A stretch of DNA of 32,749 bases from an uncultured Leptospirales bacterium (GCA_964438485.1 CAYTLM010000002.1:1-32749), one strand, 5' to 3'. Positions 7,569-17,947 are shown, counted from the stretch's first letter. Program-made: numbers and translations. The notes: generated by a model not told the origin, from the sequence alone.

Positions 7569-7926
7569 AAACTATAATACCTCACTGAAGTTTAATTCAT
7601 ATAAAACATTATGCTAAATGCTAACTATTATTTTAATAGAAGAATTTTTTAAGCCTGCACTGGGTTGATAAATTTAATGCAGGGAGAAATTAAAAAATTT
7701 CTGAACCTCTATCCTTCAAAATAATAAACTTGACTATTTTGCTTAAAGATGCAAATTATTAACATAATCAATTAAAAAGCTTTTGAGTATTTTTACTGAT
7801 TTTTTTGCAATAAAAATTCATAAAATCAAACTATGATACAACAATTTCTTTTAACTTTGACATACATAGCTGATTAAACCCTTTTGTTTATAAATAATTA
7901 TACTCTTTACAGAGAGATTATATTAA

Positions 7927-8607
7927 ATGACGAATTATTATAATAATTACAAAAATATAAAGAATGATATTGATGAATATGCTTCTAAAATTTCAAGAGA
8001 TCCTGATTCAATAAAAATTCTTGCTGTTTCCAAAACTTTTCCTCATACAACAGTACAGGATGCTATTGATTCAGGCATAACACTTTTTGGAGAAAGCAAA
8101 ATTCAGGAAGCAAAATCCAAAATTCCCCTTCTTGCCGGAAATTTTGAATTTCACATGATTGGTCATCTCCAATCAAACAAGGCAAAGGATGCTGTAAATT
8201 TATTTTCCATGATACATTCATTAAGCTCTATCACAACCGCTGAAAAAATCAACCGTGAAGCCTTTAAACTTGGCAAAATACAGGATCTGCTTATTCAAAT
8301 AAACAGCTCTGGAGAAAAAACGAAAAGTGGAATTGACCCGGCACAGAGTGTTGACCTTGCAGGGGCTGTTTCTGAAATGAAAAATCTCAATCTTAAAGGA
8401 ATAATGACAATCGGACCGCTTACTGATGATGAATCAGAAATACACAAAGCCTTTGCCCTTACCCGCAGAACACTTGAAAATATAAACAAGGAACTAAAAT
8501 TATCTTTAAAAGAAATATCCATGGGCATGTCAAATGACTTCCTCATTGCAGTAGAAGAGGGTGCAACAATTATCAGAATTGGTTCAGCAATTTTTGGGAG
8601 CAGGTAA
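7927..8607 (+). CDS. yggS: YggS-family PLP-binding homeostasis protein
   Basis: ILAVSKT PLP-lysine motif and HMIGHLQSNKAK. Located adjacent to proC, as in many bacteria. Confidence 0.9.
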   Translation: MTNYYNNYKNIKNDIDEYASKISRDPDSIKILAVSKTFPHTTVQDAIDSGITLFGESKIQEAKSKIPLLAGNFEFHMIGHLQSNKAKDAVNLFSMIHSLSSITTAEKINREAFKLGKIQDLLIQINSSGEKTKSGIDPAQSVDLAGAVSEMKNLNLKGIMTIGPLTDDESEIHKAFALTRRTLENINKELKLSLKEISMGMSNDFLIAVEEGATIIRIGSAIFGSR

Positions 8608-8612
8608 AATAT

Positions 8613-9407
8613 ATGAAAAAAACAGATTTAACAATTGGCATTATAGGATTGGGCAATATGGGGCAAGCTATTTACAAAGGCTTATCTGCTTCAATACCCC
8701 TTGAAAATATTTATGCCTATGATATTGACCCTGCCAGGTGTAAAACAATACCTGAATTAAAAACCACCCCATTTATAGAAGAGGTTATAGAATCAACAGA
8801 TGTAATAATTGTTGCTGTTAAACCTCAAACAGTAAATGAAATCCTCTTAAAGCTTACATCCTACAGAGGAATAATTGTTTCTATTGCAGCAGGCGTTAAA
8901 ATTGAAGCCCTGAAAAAAACTTCCGGGTCTGATAAAAAGATCATTCGGGCAATGCCCAACACCCCTGCTCTTTCAGGATGCGGAATGACAGTGTTGTGTG
9001 CAAGTGAAAATGTTACAGAAGTTGAAATCAACTCAGTAGAAAAAATATTTCTAAACACAGGAAAAGTACTTGTTCTTGAGGAAAAATATATGGACGCTGT
9101 TACAGGTGTTTCAGGCAGCGGGCCTGCATATGTTTTTACCTTTATACAGGCATTGGCAGATGGCGCTGTAAAAATGGGTCTGCCCAGGGAATATGCACTT
9201 ACTATTGCTGCACAAACTGTTTTTGGTTCAGCAAAAATGTTTCTTGACAATTTTGATAATCCCATTAAACTTAGAGATGATGTTGCTTCTCCTGGAGGAA
9301 CAACTATTGAAGCAATTCATGTGCTGGAAAAAGCCGGTTTTAGCGGAATAATTATAGATGCAATTGAAGCTGCTGCTTTAAAATCAAAGGAGCTGGGTAA
9401 AATCTGA
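8613..9407 (+). CDS. proC: Pyrroline-5-carboxylate reductase
   Basis: IGIIGLGNMGQAI Rossmann motif and C-terminal SPGGTT motif. Confidence 0.9.
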   Translation: MKKTDLTIGIIGLGNMGQAIYKGLSASIPLENIYAYDIDPARCKTIPELKTTPFIEEVIESTDVIIVAVKPQTVNEILLKLTSYRGIIVSIAAGVKIEALKKTSGSDKKIIRAMPNTPALSGCGMTVLCASENVTEVEINSVEKIFLNTGKVLVLEEKYMDAVTGVSGSGPAYVFTFIQALADGAVKMGLPREYALTIAAQTVFGSAKMFLDNFDNPIKLRDDVASPGGTTIEAIHVLEKAGFSGIIIDAIEAAALKSKELGKI

Positions 9408-9412
9408 TAACA

Positions 9413-10378
9413 ATGCCAACTCTATACCAGTTAAATATAATAAAAAGATTTTCTATTGCAGCAATTGCTCTTTTATTTTTAATAGTGTTATCAGGAAATT
9501 TTATATCCTACTTTTTTTTCAAAAATGTCTCAGTTGATAAAAGCTCCTATGAAATTATAAATGGTTTTCCCTTTTTTACCTCTGAAGATGATTATATTCA
9601 ATTCATTGAAAAATATCCCTATAATCCAGGCGTGAAATTTAAAATATATACGGCAATGCAGCATGACACAATATGGAAAATTCGCTCTAAATTCGACATA
9701 TCAATTGAAACTCTCATATCTGCAAACCCTCACTTAAAAGACTTTAATATAAAGCCTGGCAACCGCCTTGTTATTCCTGCAGAAGAGGGCACACTTTTTG
9801 TATTTGACGATTATTTTGACGTTAAACGAATGAAGAAAATCTTCAATCGCAAATACCCTGTTTCCGGGAAATACAAGCCGGGTTTATTTAGAATAATATC
9901 TCCGGACGACTTACGACTGGTTTTTTTTAAAGATGCAATACCTCTTATTGTAAACCGTGATATTGAAAATCTTTACAAATACAAGCTTGCTTTTTTAAAT
10001 CCTTTAAACACAGGGTTTTTCACATCAATGTTTGGAGACAGGATAAATCCTTTTTCTCATGAAGCAGGAATGCAGTTTCATAATGGAATTGATATAGCAA
10101 CCAGAACCGGCACACCAATACGCTCAGCCAGAGAAGGCATGGTTTTTTATGCAGAATGGCGCGAAGGCTATGGCAATACAGTGTATATTCAACATCATGA
10201 TGGATACACATCAATGTATGCGCATTGTTTTAAAATTTTTGTCAAGCGGGGTGACTGGGTTAAAAAGGGTGATATAATAGCCTCTGTAGGCTCAACAGGC
10301 CGATCAACAGGACCACACCTTCATTACACTATAATGCGTCATGGTAAGGCGATCAATCCTTTAAAATTTATCTGGTAA
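9413..10378 (+). CDS. LysM-domain M23 metallopeptidase (membrane anchored)
   Basis: LysM-like YTAMQHDTIWKIRSKFDISIETLISANP and M23 motifs HNGIDIA and GPHLHYTI. Confidence 0.85.
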   Translation: MPTLYQLNIIKRFSIAAIALLFLIVLSGNFISYFFFKNVSVDKSSYEIINGFPFFTSEDDYIQFIEKYPYNPGVKFKIYTAMQHDTIWKIRSKFDISIETLISANPHLKDFNIKPGNRLVIPAEEGTLFVFDDYFDVKRMKKIFNRKYPVSGKYKPGLFRIISPDDLRLVFFKDAIPLIVNRDIENLYKYKLAFLNPLNTGFFTSMFGDRINPFSHEAGMQFHNGIDIATRTGTPIRSAREGMVFYAEWREGYGNTVYIQHHDGYTSMYAHCFKIFVKRGDWVKKGDIIASVGSTGRSTGPHLHYTIMRHGKAINPLKFIW

Positions 10379-10380
10379 TC

Positions 10381-11861
10381 ATGTTTTTTTTTTATCTTTT
10401 CTATCATCTCTTTTATATTTTTTCTCAGTCCCCTGGCACTCATTACAATACGCATCTTTTTTCTCTTTAATTCCTTTTTTTATATCCATTGAGAAAAGCA
10501 GAAATACTAAAGATGTTCTACTCAACTGCCTGTTTTTTTCCCTGCCTCTCTCTGCATTATTAAGCACTCCCCTTTTTCATGCAGGCTCAGTTAATTATGG
10601 CAAAAATTTCACTTTTTTACTTTTTACTATAATTTTTCTGATAATAATACCAAATATCATACTTTACTGCTTTTATGGTTTTTTACATCATATTTTAAAA
10701 AGCAGATTTTTTTACCTGAATATTTTAATTCCACCATCTTTATGGAGCATCACTGATTACATAAGAGAAATTTTTGATTTTTTCATACCCTGGTATTTTA
10801 TTGGCTATTCCCAGGTTAAAACTCCTTTTATTCAGATGGCAGATATTACAGGTATATATGGAGTTTCATTTTTTGTTGTGTTTTTCAATTACTCAGTCAC
10901 ATTGTTTTTTATACAAAAAAAGCAGCGCACTATCCTTAAATTTTTACCCCTGGCTGCCTTAACCTCCATTGTTTTGTTATACGGCATAATTAGTACAAAA
11001 GAAAAAATATCTGAAATTTCGCCTAATCAGACTATTGAAATTACAGGCATTCAGGGAAACACCGATTCTCTGGATCGATGGAACGAATCACTCTCCTATA
11101 TTACTTACAGCAAATATCTTGAACTTACAGAAAAAAATTATAAAGGATCAGGGATTCTCATATGGCCGGAAACAGTATTAAACTCTTCGGACAGGGTTAA
11201 TTACGATATTATTCATAAGGTTAATTCTGCTTACAGCTCAGATACAATTTTCATAACAGGAGGAACAAGAAAGGATTCCAGGGGAAGTTTTAATTCTGTG
11301 TTTATAAGTAAAAATGGAGCCCTGACCTATATTTATGACAAGATAGTATTATTCCCTTACTCTGAAAGGAAATTTGCAGGGCTAAGTCATGGCGGTGTAT
11401 TAGGATCTGTTGACACTTTTACTCCAGGAAAAAAACCAGGCATTTTTAAAGATGAACAGGCAAGCCCCGGGATTTCTATCTGTTTTGAATCGCTCTACCC
11501 ATCTTACATTAAAAAATCTGTTAAAGAAGGTGCAAATATACTTATCAATGTTGCAAATGATTCCTGGTTTGGAAATACCTATGAACCCCATATGCATCTT
11601 AACAGCACGATTGTCCGTGCTATTGAAAACAGGCGTTCCATGATCAGAGTAACAAATAGCGGTATAAGTGCCCTTATTACTCCTTTGGGTAAAATTACCT
11701 CCTCCCTTGATCTTGACAAAGAAGGAGCAGTAAAAGGGGCTTTGGAAAAAAGAAAAGATTTAACCATATACACCAGGTATGGAGATATTATTATAATAAT
11801 ATCAGTATTGGTTATTCTTTCTGCTATTTTATTATATTTAAAAAATCCTGTAAAAAAATAA
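10381..11861 (+). CDS. lnt: Apolipoprotein N-acyltransferase. The membrane domain (open frame from 10365) has no in-frame start; the ATG at 10381 is 1 nt out of frame across a T10 tract
   Basis: The frame of 10836-11861 stays open back to 10365 and encodes Lnt-like helices ending in FIPWYFIGYSQ. The CN-hydrolase E/K/C residues sit in WPE, YDK and CFE. ATG(T)10 at 10381-10393 would be in frame with 11 T. Confidence 0.8.
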
Positions 11862-11863
11862 CT

Positions 11864-12919
11864 TTATTGTTGATACTCTTTCATTATGTCAATTTTACCG
11901 GATTCTATTTGTTCTCTTCTTCTGATATGATCCACATTTTCTCCAAACATCTCTTTTTGAAGAGATTCTATTTGTTCCTGTTTATCAGAATCTGCAAGCC
12001 TGGTATCAGCCATTATTGATTCATACTTTTCCCTATATTCCTCTTCTTTTTCCTTTTCAGCAGCAAGTTCCCTATCCAGATTTTCCAGCCTCTCAACAAT
12101 TTCCTGAGAAAAAATTTCTTTTCTAACCTGGTTTATTTTTGTATTTTTTTCAGCATCACTCATTTCCTGAAAATCTTTTGAATAAAGAGAAAGCTTTTCA
12201 TTATAGGCAACATAGGGTTTTTTTGAACTTTCAACATTTTCCCAGTCCTTTCCCCACATCTCTTCATTAAGCACTTTAAGCTTTTTTTCCTTTTCATCTG
12301 CATAGATGCTATTATCATTTAAGATAGCTGAACGCCTTATTGGATATTCCTTCATTTTTAAAGATACGCCAAAAAGGACATCCGCATCATCCTGACCAAA
12401 CATTTCAACCTGTCTTTTTTTCATCATTCTTAGCACATTCAAATAATCCGAAGTCGAATTAAGTGAATTGATTTTTGAAAGCTCCTCAGCCATTATATTT
12501 TCATAATCTATATACTTTTGATATAGAGCAAAGAGTAAATCAGCCTCTTCTATATCCATTGATGAGCGTAAATATTTTTTTACAGCATCAAGATGTTCCT
12601 CAAGCTGCATATCCTTAAATCGGGTTTGAAGAAATTTAAAATATTTAAGAGTATAGCTATTAACGATTTTGTCCTTAAAAAATTCTTTTGTATTCTTTTC
12701 GTTAAAATCGACTTTTCTCAGGTAGGATTTTACATCCTCATAACTTACCTTTTCAGAAGATACAGAAATAATCCCCTCATCAGAGGAGCCTATATTTCTG
12801 GAAACCACATTTACAACTATAACAGCCAATAGCAAAAGTACAGGCAAAAGGACAATAATTTTTTTATTTTCCCCTTTCACAAATTCCCCCATTAGATTAA
12901 TTAAAAGAGGCTGCCACAA
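11864..12919 (-). CDS. Lipase-specific foldase (Lif-like chaperone), N-terminal membrane anchor
   Basis: Immediately downstream of the lipase gene. Single N-terminal helix followed by a long helical charged domain. Start uncertain (TTG at 12919 or ATG at 12892). Confidence 0.65.
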   Translation of the reverse strand: MWQPLLINLMGEFVKGENKKIIVLLPVLLLLAVIVVNVVSRNIGSSDEGIISVSSEKVSYEDVKSYLRKVDFNEKNTKEFFKDKIVNSYTLKYFKFLQTRFKDMQLEEHLDAVKKYLRSSMDIEEADLLFALYQKYIDYENIMAEELSKINSLNSTSDYLNVLRMMKKRQVEMFGQDDADVLFGVSLKMKEYPIRRSAILNDNSIYADEKEKKLKVLNEEMWGKDWENVESSKKPYVAYNEKLSLYSKDFQEMSDAEKNTKINQVRKEIFSQEIVERLENLDRELAAEKEKEEEYREKYESIMADTRLADSDKQEQIESLQKEMFGENVDHIRRREQIESGKIDIMKEYQQ

Positions 12920-12955
12920 TCTGGACAGCCTCTTGTTATTTTATGTAATAAAATT

Positions 12956-13843
12956 TTAGAATCCGCGATTTTTAAGATCACTTACCATATTTACAAAGAA
13001 TTCAGGTGCATCAAAGCCGGGTGTAATTCCTAAAAACTGATTAACTATATTAAGATGGTCAACTCCGCCACTCCAGAATGCTCCTTCAATAACTCCACGA
13101 AAATTCCCCCACTTGGCTGAAGGTACAGAAACCAGTCCATCATTTGCTCCCTCGTAATGAAGAGCTATAAGCCAGGGAATCTCAAGAACAAGACTGTTAG
13201 ACATATACCTTATTGTAGATGTATAACTCTGATAATATATCCCTGGCGCATCAGGGCAGTTAGGGTTAAATACATTCTGCATATAAGGCCTTGTTACCTC
13301 TATCCCATTCTCTAGAGAATTTGGGTTTGTGTCGCCAAAGAGGAATGTATAAACAAAATCAAGTGTATCCCCTACAAGATTCCATCCCTTCTTTGGAACT
13401 ATGTTAAAAATAGTATCAGCAACTGAGCTTCCTCTATGTGGCCCGGAAAGACTTGTATGTGATGCAACTTTAGATGCAAGGCCCAGGTTGGTGATTGCAT
13501 ATCTTGTATATATTGTTCCGTGTGAATGACCAATAATATTAGCTTTGCTTTTCCCTGTTATTGCCAGTATTTGCAAAAATTGTGCTTTAAAAGCAGCACC
13601 CTTATTTGCAGTAGTGTCCATTCCATTTACTGATGTTATATAAACATCTGCCCCTTCATCCTCAAGTGCAGCTTCCAGCCCCCACCAGTAATCAATAATG
13701 TTTAAAATTTTCGCCTGTGCTCCCATTCCATGTGCAAGCACAACAGGATATTGAGTATCACATTTAGGTGCACTACCAGCTGCAAAAACAAGTGCAGGAA
13801 CTGCCATAATTATAAATATAAATGCCAGACAATTTTTTTTCAT
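12956..13843 (-). CDS. Secreted triacylglycerol lipase (family I.1/I.2-like)
   Basis: Signal peptide MKKNCLAFIFIIMAVPALVFA, oxyanion region VVLAHGMG, and nucleophile elbow GHSHG. Confidence 0.85.
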   Translation of the reverse strand: MKKNCLAFIFIIMAVPALVFAAGSAPKCDTQYPVVLAHGMGAQAKILNIIDYWWGLEAALEDEGADVYITSVNGMDTTANKGAAFKAQFLQILAITGKSKANIIGHSHGTIYTRYAITNLGLASKVASHTSLSGPHRGSSVADTIFNIVPKKGWNLVGDTLDFVYTFLFGDTNPNSLENGIEVTRPYMQNVFNPNCPDAPGIYYQSYTSTIRYMSNSLVLEIPWLIALHYEGANDGLVSVPSAKWGNFRGVIEGAFWSGGVDHLNIVNQFLGITPGFDAPEFFVNMVSDLKNRGF

Positions 13844-13873
13844 CTTCCTTTCTCCTTTAAACTCAATAAAATA

Positions 13874-13902
13874 ATATTATTATCAATAGGAGAGAGTGTC
13901 AA
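13874..13902 (-). promoter_or_regulatory. Sigma70-like promoter for the lipase/foldase pair
   Basis: On the minus strand: TTGACA (13902-13897), 17-nt spacer, TAATAT (13879-13874). AAAGGAGAAAGGAAG follows before the ATG. Confidence 0.5.
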
Positions 13903-14087
13903 CACGAAATTACCGTCCAGACGGATTTTTCAAAAAAAATCAATTTTTTTGTGTTTAAGCTCGAATATACCGCACAATATCAGAGCGAAACTCAAATATA
14001 AACATAGTAAGCTTTTAGCGAGATAAAATATTATCCAAAAATGATGTTTGATCTAAAAAAACAGTTAGTTTAATTGGAGCAATATAA

Positions 14088-15974
14088 TCAGTCCAGCACA
14101 TCAAGAAGAGAGTAAAGATCATTGCCATCACCTGGATATTCTGCAGCAATAAAAGAAATAAGAAGTTTAAAATCATGGCTGCCATAATCATTAACAATTT
14201 CATTCCTGACTATTGATGAAAATGTAGCAGCAAATTTTCTGTCCTTTCCTGGAAAAACAACAATAAATTTATGTCTGTCTATTTTAGCTGAAAAATCACC
14301 GGAAGAAAGCCTGGATTTAATTACCTCTTCAATTTTACTGAAAAGGAGGCCTGTTTCAATCTGCCCAAAACGGTCATAAAATCTTTTGTAATTTTTTACA
14401 GACAGCAAAAGAAGCGTCATAGGCATGTCAAGCTCATCAGCCTGCCGGATCTCCTTCTCCACCCTGGTGTAAATATCCTGAGTCAAATCACGGTAAAGAT
14501 TTCTTTCCTTATCAAGCTGAAAAATCTGATTAGTGTATACAAATAAGAATTTGGACATCTTTCTTATTCTTATATCGATTTCAGACAATTCAATAGCCGG
14601 ATTAATCTTAAAAATTGCAATAAAACCTAAAAGCTCGCCTGCCATAATAAAAGGATAAGCTATAAACTCTTCCATTTTTTCAAGACGCACAGAGCCAAAT
14701 GATTCATTCATTACAGCAGACTCAATAAAATTATCTATAATTATTGAAGCGTTTTTCTTTATAAGAAAGGATACAAGCCTGTTGTCATTTTTTATAATAA
14801 ACCCTGAATCAGAAAACTGAAGCAAATCATCCTCTTCAAAAAACACGGGATAATAGTCTTCTCCATCAGTTTTCATAAATATGGCATAGGATTCCAGCCC
14901 AAGTGAATAGAAATTTTTTCTTACAATATCCATTAATGATTCAGCATGTGAAACATTAAGCAGGGAATTTTGAAAATATTCAACATCTGCAAGAACCTCA
15001 GACTCATTGCGAAGAACCAGCCTTTCTATCTCAGACTTTTCAAATTTATCAACAAAGGTAATAACATTAACTGCCATTTGCGAAAGGGATTTAAGAAATT
15101 CTTTTTCAGTTTCGTTAAACACCTCTCCATTGATTTTTTCACCAATACTCACAGCCCCTATTAACTGCTCGTCTTTAAACATGGGCACAAGAAGTTTTGT
15201 ATCAATAGAAATAAACCTGTAATATTCCTCTCGTAAAATAATATTATCTTTATAATCATCAATATCAATGATATCCATGGATTGTGTCATGCTTGCAAAA
15301 ATCCCTTCATTGATATACCAGATTAATGTCTCATCAGAAATATTAAGACCAATTGAGTCTATAATTACAAATTTATTTATGTCATCAGATGAAGGGAAAA
15401 GAATAGAGGCAGAGGAAACTCCAAGCTGGCCCATAATTGAAAAAAGAATAGTTCCACACACATCCTCAACTGATTCATTTTGATAAAATTCTTTTTGAAT
15501 TTCAAAAAGAACCATATAGTCATCAAAATAGGGCATATCAGGAAGGGAAGGCAAATCCTCTTCTTCACCAGCATTTAGATCCAACTCCTCCCCTGAGTCA
15601 GAAACACTATCATCAGTTTTTAAAGAAGTACTAATATTGTCAGATTCGGGAATAATACTCTCTTCAATAAGGTCAGCTTTTTCATGTTCTTCGGCTAAAT
15701 CATAGCTCTCTACTTCCTCTGTTCCGATGTTATCAGGAACAACAACAGGTTCATCAATATCATTATCAGAAATATTTTCATTCTCATTTTCAGCTATTAT
15801 TTCAGAGGGATTGTCTTCAGAATCAGAAGGATTATCAAGCATGGCTGCATCAGTTTTAATCATAAACTCTGTTTCTGCAGGGCCTGCAATAGTGTCAATT
15901 AAAGTTTCTTTGCCATCATTGTTAAGTTTCTGCTTGTACTGCAATGCTCTTTCAAGAAGACCCATTTCATGCAC
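14088..15974 (-). CDS. Acidic N-terminal region + GAF-like domains + degenerate GGDEF domain protein
   Basis: The C-terminus aligns to the GGDEF fold (MTLLLLSVKNYKRFYDRFGQ...), but the GG(D/E)EF position reads DRHKF and no RxxD I-site is seen. The start overlaps the upstream gene by 8 nt. Confidence 0.7.
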   Translation of the reverse strand: MHEMGLLERALQYKQKLNNDGKETLIDTIAGPAETEFMIKTDAAMLDNPSDSEDNPSEIIAENENENISDNDIDEPVVVPDNIGTEEVESYDLAEEHEKADLIEESIIPESDNISTSLKTDDSVSDSGEELDLNAGEEEDLPSLPDMPYFDDYMVLFEIQKEFYQNESVEDVCGTILFSIMGQLGVSSASILFPSSDDINKFVIIDSIGLNISDETLIWYINEGIFASMTQSMDIIDIDDYKDNIILREEYYRFISIDTKLLVPMFKDEQLIGAVSIGEKINGEVFNETEKEFLKSLSQMAVNVITFVDKFEKSEIERLVLRNESEVLADVEYFQNSLLNVSHAESLMDIVRKNFYSLGLESYAIFMKTDGEDYYPVFFEEDDLLQFSDSGFIIKNDNRLVSFLIKKNASIIIDNFIESAVMNESFGSVRLEKMEEFIAYPFIMAGELLGFIAIFKINPAIELSEIDIRIRKMSKFLFVYTNQIFQLDKERNLYRDLTQDIYTRVEKEIRQADELDMPMTLLLLSVKNYKRFYDRFGQIETGLLFSKIEEVIKSRLSSGDFSAKIDRHKFIVVFPGKDRKFAATFSSIVRNEIVNDYGSHDFKLLISFIAAEYPGDGNDLYSLLDVLD

Positions 15975-17754
15975 CTATTTCATTCATTACTTTCACATAT
16001 AGATCAAAGTATTCTGACTGGGCAAATTTTTTCACAGCCTCTTCAGGCAGCTTTTCAAATAAACCATCAAGATATGAAAGCAGCTTAGCCAGATCCTCTT
16101 TTTTCTCAGGAAACTGATTTGTAAAAGCTTCAACATTATTTCGATCTTCAAGTATTATAACCTGATCAGTAATGTTGATAATATCCTGTGAATCCGGAAT
16201 TAAATCATCAATCTCAGTAGAAAAAGATGCCTCCATATCAGCTTCAATATCTTTTTCAGATGCTTTTAAAAGATTATCAGATTCAATTTCTTCCCTGACA
16301 TTATAGCCATAGTCTCTTTCAATAAGAAATTTAAGCTCCTCAATATCCTCTTCAAATACTATAGCAGTACCTGAAGTGATATCATCCTCTATGGAGTCTT
16401 TTTCATCTTCAAGCAAGCTATCTGGATTATCAAGAAGATAGCTTACACTTTTGTTTTGAACATATCCTCTGTTTATAAAATCAAGGTCAGGATTTAAAAA
16501 ATCAATCTCAGAGTCAAAATCAATTTTACTGTAATATTCAGAAAAAAGAGAGTTTTCAATTATTTCACGCTCTTCAGAATTTAATCCAAGTATTTCAGTA
16601 ATCCTGCTTTCTATTTCAATTTTTGAAACATCATAGTAATCATCAATTTCCTGTATAAAACTGCTAAAATCATTTTTTACAATGGCATTTTCTATAAAAT
16701 CCAGATCAGAATCACTATAAAATATTTCATCTTTATCAACAATAAAAGCAACACCCTTATCATAAAGGGTTGTATCTTCAAGAATATAGGTATGGTCATT
16801 ATAATAATCAGTTTTTTCTGTAATTACAGACATGGGAGAATCGCTTACATGAATTATGCGTGAAAGCCTTTCAGTAAGAGGATCCTCCTGATAGGCTTTT
16901 ATATCATCTTTCCCGGGTTTATGTACCTGTATATCATCAATAAATTTGCGATTATAAACATCAGCCTCATCACTAAAACGCATAGGTACATTTTCTTTTT
17001 TAACTGTTCCCTCTTTAAAAATTTCTTCAAACTGTATATTAATAGAATTATCTGTGATTACAGCTGCTGGTCTTTCGATTAATTCTGCTTCTACATTTTC
17101 ACTAGTACTGATAGCTTCATCTGATAGCTCTTCATCGTGAAAAGAAATAAATTCATCATTCAAAATATCTGTTTCAATATCTTTAAAAATTTCCTCTTCA
17201 AGAGGTTTTGCATCTATTATTTCAGGCTCACCAGGTTCAACAAAAACAGACTCCTCTTCTATTGTTTCCCTGGATTTAATTTCATCAACAAATTCTGGTT
17301 CAGGCTCAACTTTTTCATCTATTTCATCAGCAATATCCAGAGTTATTTCATCATCAAGCATCTCATTATTAAAATTTTCAAACAATACTTCGTTATCATT
17401 ATCTGTTTCAGTAAAGACTTCTTCTACACTAACCTCTTCTGAAATATCCTTGATTCGTAATCCAGAAAGCTCTTCTTCTTTTTTATCGTTTTTTTCTTCA
17501 TCATTTGTACTGTTTTTAAGCGGGATTAATTCAAAATCTTCAAGTCCCTCGATCAAGTCATCCTCTGTGAGAAAAACTATTTCCTCATTGGCAATTTTTT
17601 CCGCTTCGTGCAAGTCGATATTTCCAATAGATGAAATATCAACTTCCTCAGGAAGATTGGTTCTGATCCTTTTTTTTAAATCAGCAGAAAGTTTACCCTC
17701 TACTTCCAGGGAGGTGTCTATATTAAAATTTTCTTTTTTATTTTTATCTGTCAT
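15967..17754 (-). CDS. Very acidic (D/E-rich) 595-aa protein of unknown function
   Basis: Long uninterrupted ORF with consistent codon usage. No recognisable catalytic motif. Conserved-looking C-terminal helix LLSYLDGLFEKLPEEAVKKFAQSEYFDLY. Confidence 0.65.
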   Translation of the reverse strand: MTDKNKKENFNIDTSLEVEGKLSADLKKRIRTNLPEEVDISSIGNIDLHEAEKIANEEIVFLTEDDLIEGLEDFELIPLKNSTNDEEKNDKKEEELSGLRIKDISEEVSVEEVFTETDNDNEVLFENFNNEMLDDEITLDIADEIDEKVEPEPEFVDEIKSRETIEEESVFVEPGEPEIIDAKPLEEEIFKDIETDILNDEFISFHDEELSDEAISTSENVEAELIERPAAVITDNSINIQFEEIFKEGTVKKENVPMRFSDEADVYNRKFIDDIQVHKPGKDDIKAYQEDPLTERLSRIIHVSDSPMSVITEKTDYYNDHTYILEDTTLYDKGVAFIVDKDEIFYSDSDLDFIENAIVKNDFSSFIQEIDDYYDVSKIEIESRITEILGLNSEEREIIENSLFSEYYSKIDFDSEIDFLNPDLDFINRGYVQNKSVSYLLDNPDSLLEDEKDSIEDDITSGTAIVFEEDIEELKFLIERDYGYNVREEIESDNLLKASEKDIEADMEASFSTEIDDLIPDSQDIINITDQVIILEDRNNVEAFTNQFPEKKEDLAKLLSYLDGLFEKLPEEAVKKFAQSEYFDLYVKVMNEIGA

Positions 17755-17947
17755 TATCTTTATTACATTTAAATTTTCGATTTATTCAAAGTCTTAATAA
17801 TATTTCTGTTATTTTTTACATTTACAGAACTGAATGTCAACACCTTTACATGCCTGAACAAGCACCACAATAGCTTAAACCTTTGTGAAGTGCAAATTAA
17901 TAATAAAGCATATCAATATATTATCGGCATTTTTTAATATATTAATT

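Noticed and set aside
7569-7926. Searched the long divergent intergenic region (MATE / yggS) for a riboswitch, for example a guanidine or ykkC-type element upstream of the exporter.
   Set aside because: Only a weak hairpin (CCTGCA/TGCAGG) is present and none of the conserved riboswitch cores I know. The region is probably just promoters.
10379-10567. 62-aa minus-strand ORF downstream of the M23 peptidase.
   Set aside because: It lies antisense to the open frame that encodes the Lnt membrane domain. It is a low-complexity K/R/E-rich shadow ORF.
1574-13843. Apparent enrichment of lipid-active enzymes (patatin, GDPD, Lnt, lipase/foldase) as a possible coordinated lipid-remodelling island.
   Set aside because: The genes are in separate transcription units on both strands, interspersed with unrelated housekeeping genes. 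There is no shared regulatory signal or compositional anomaly.
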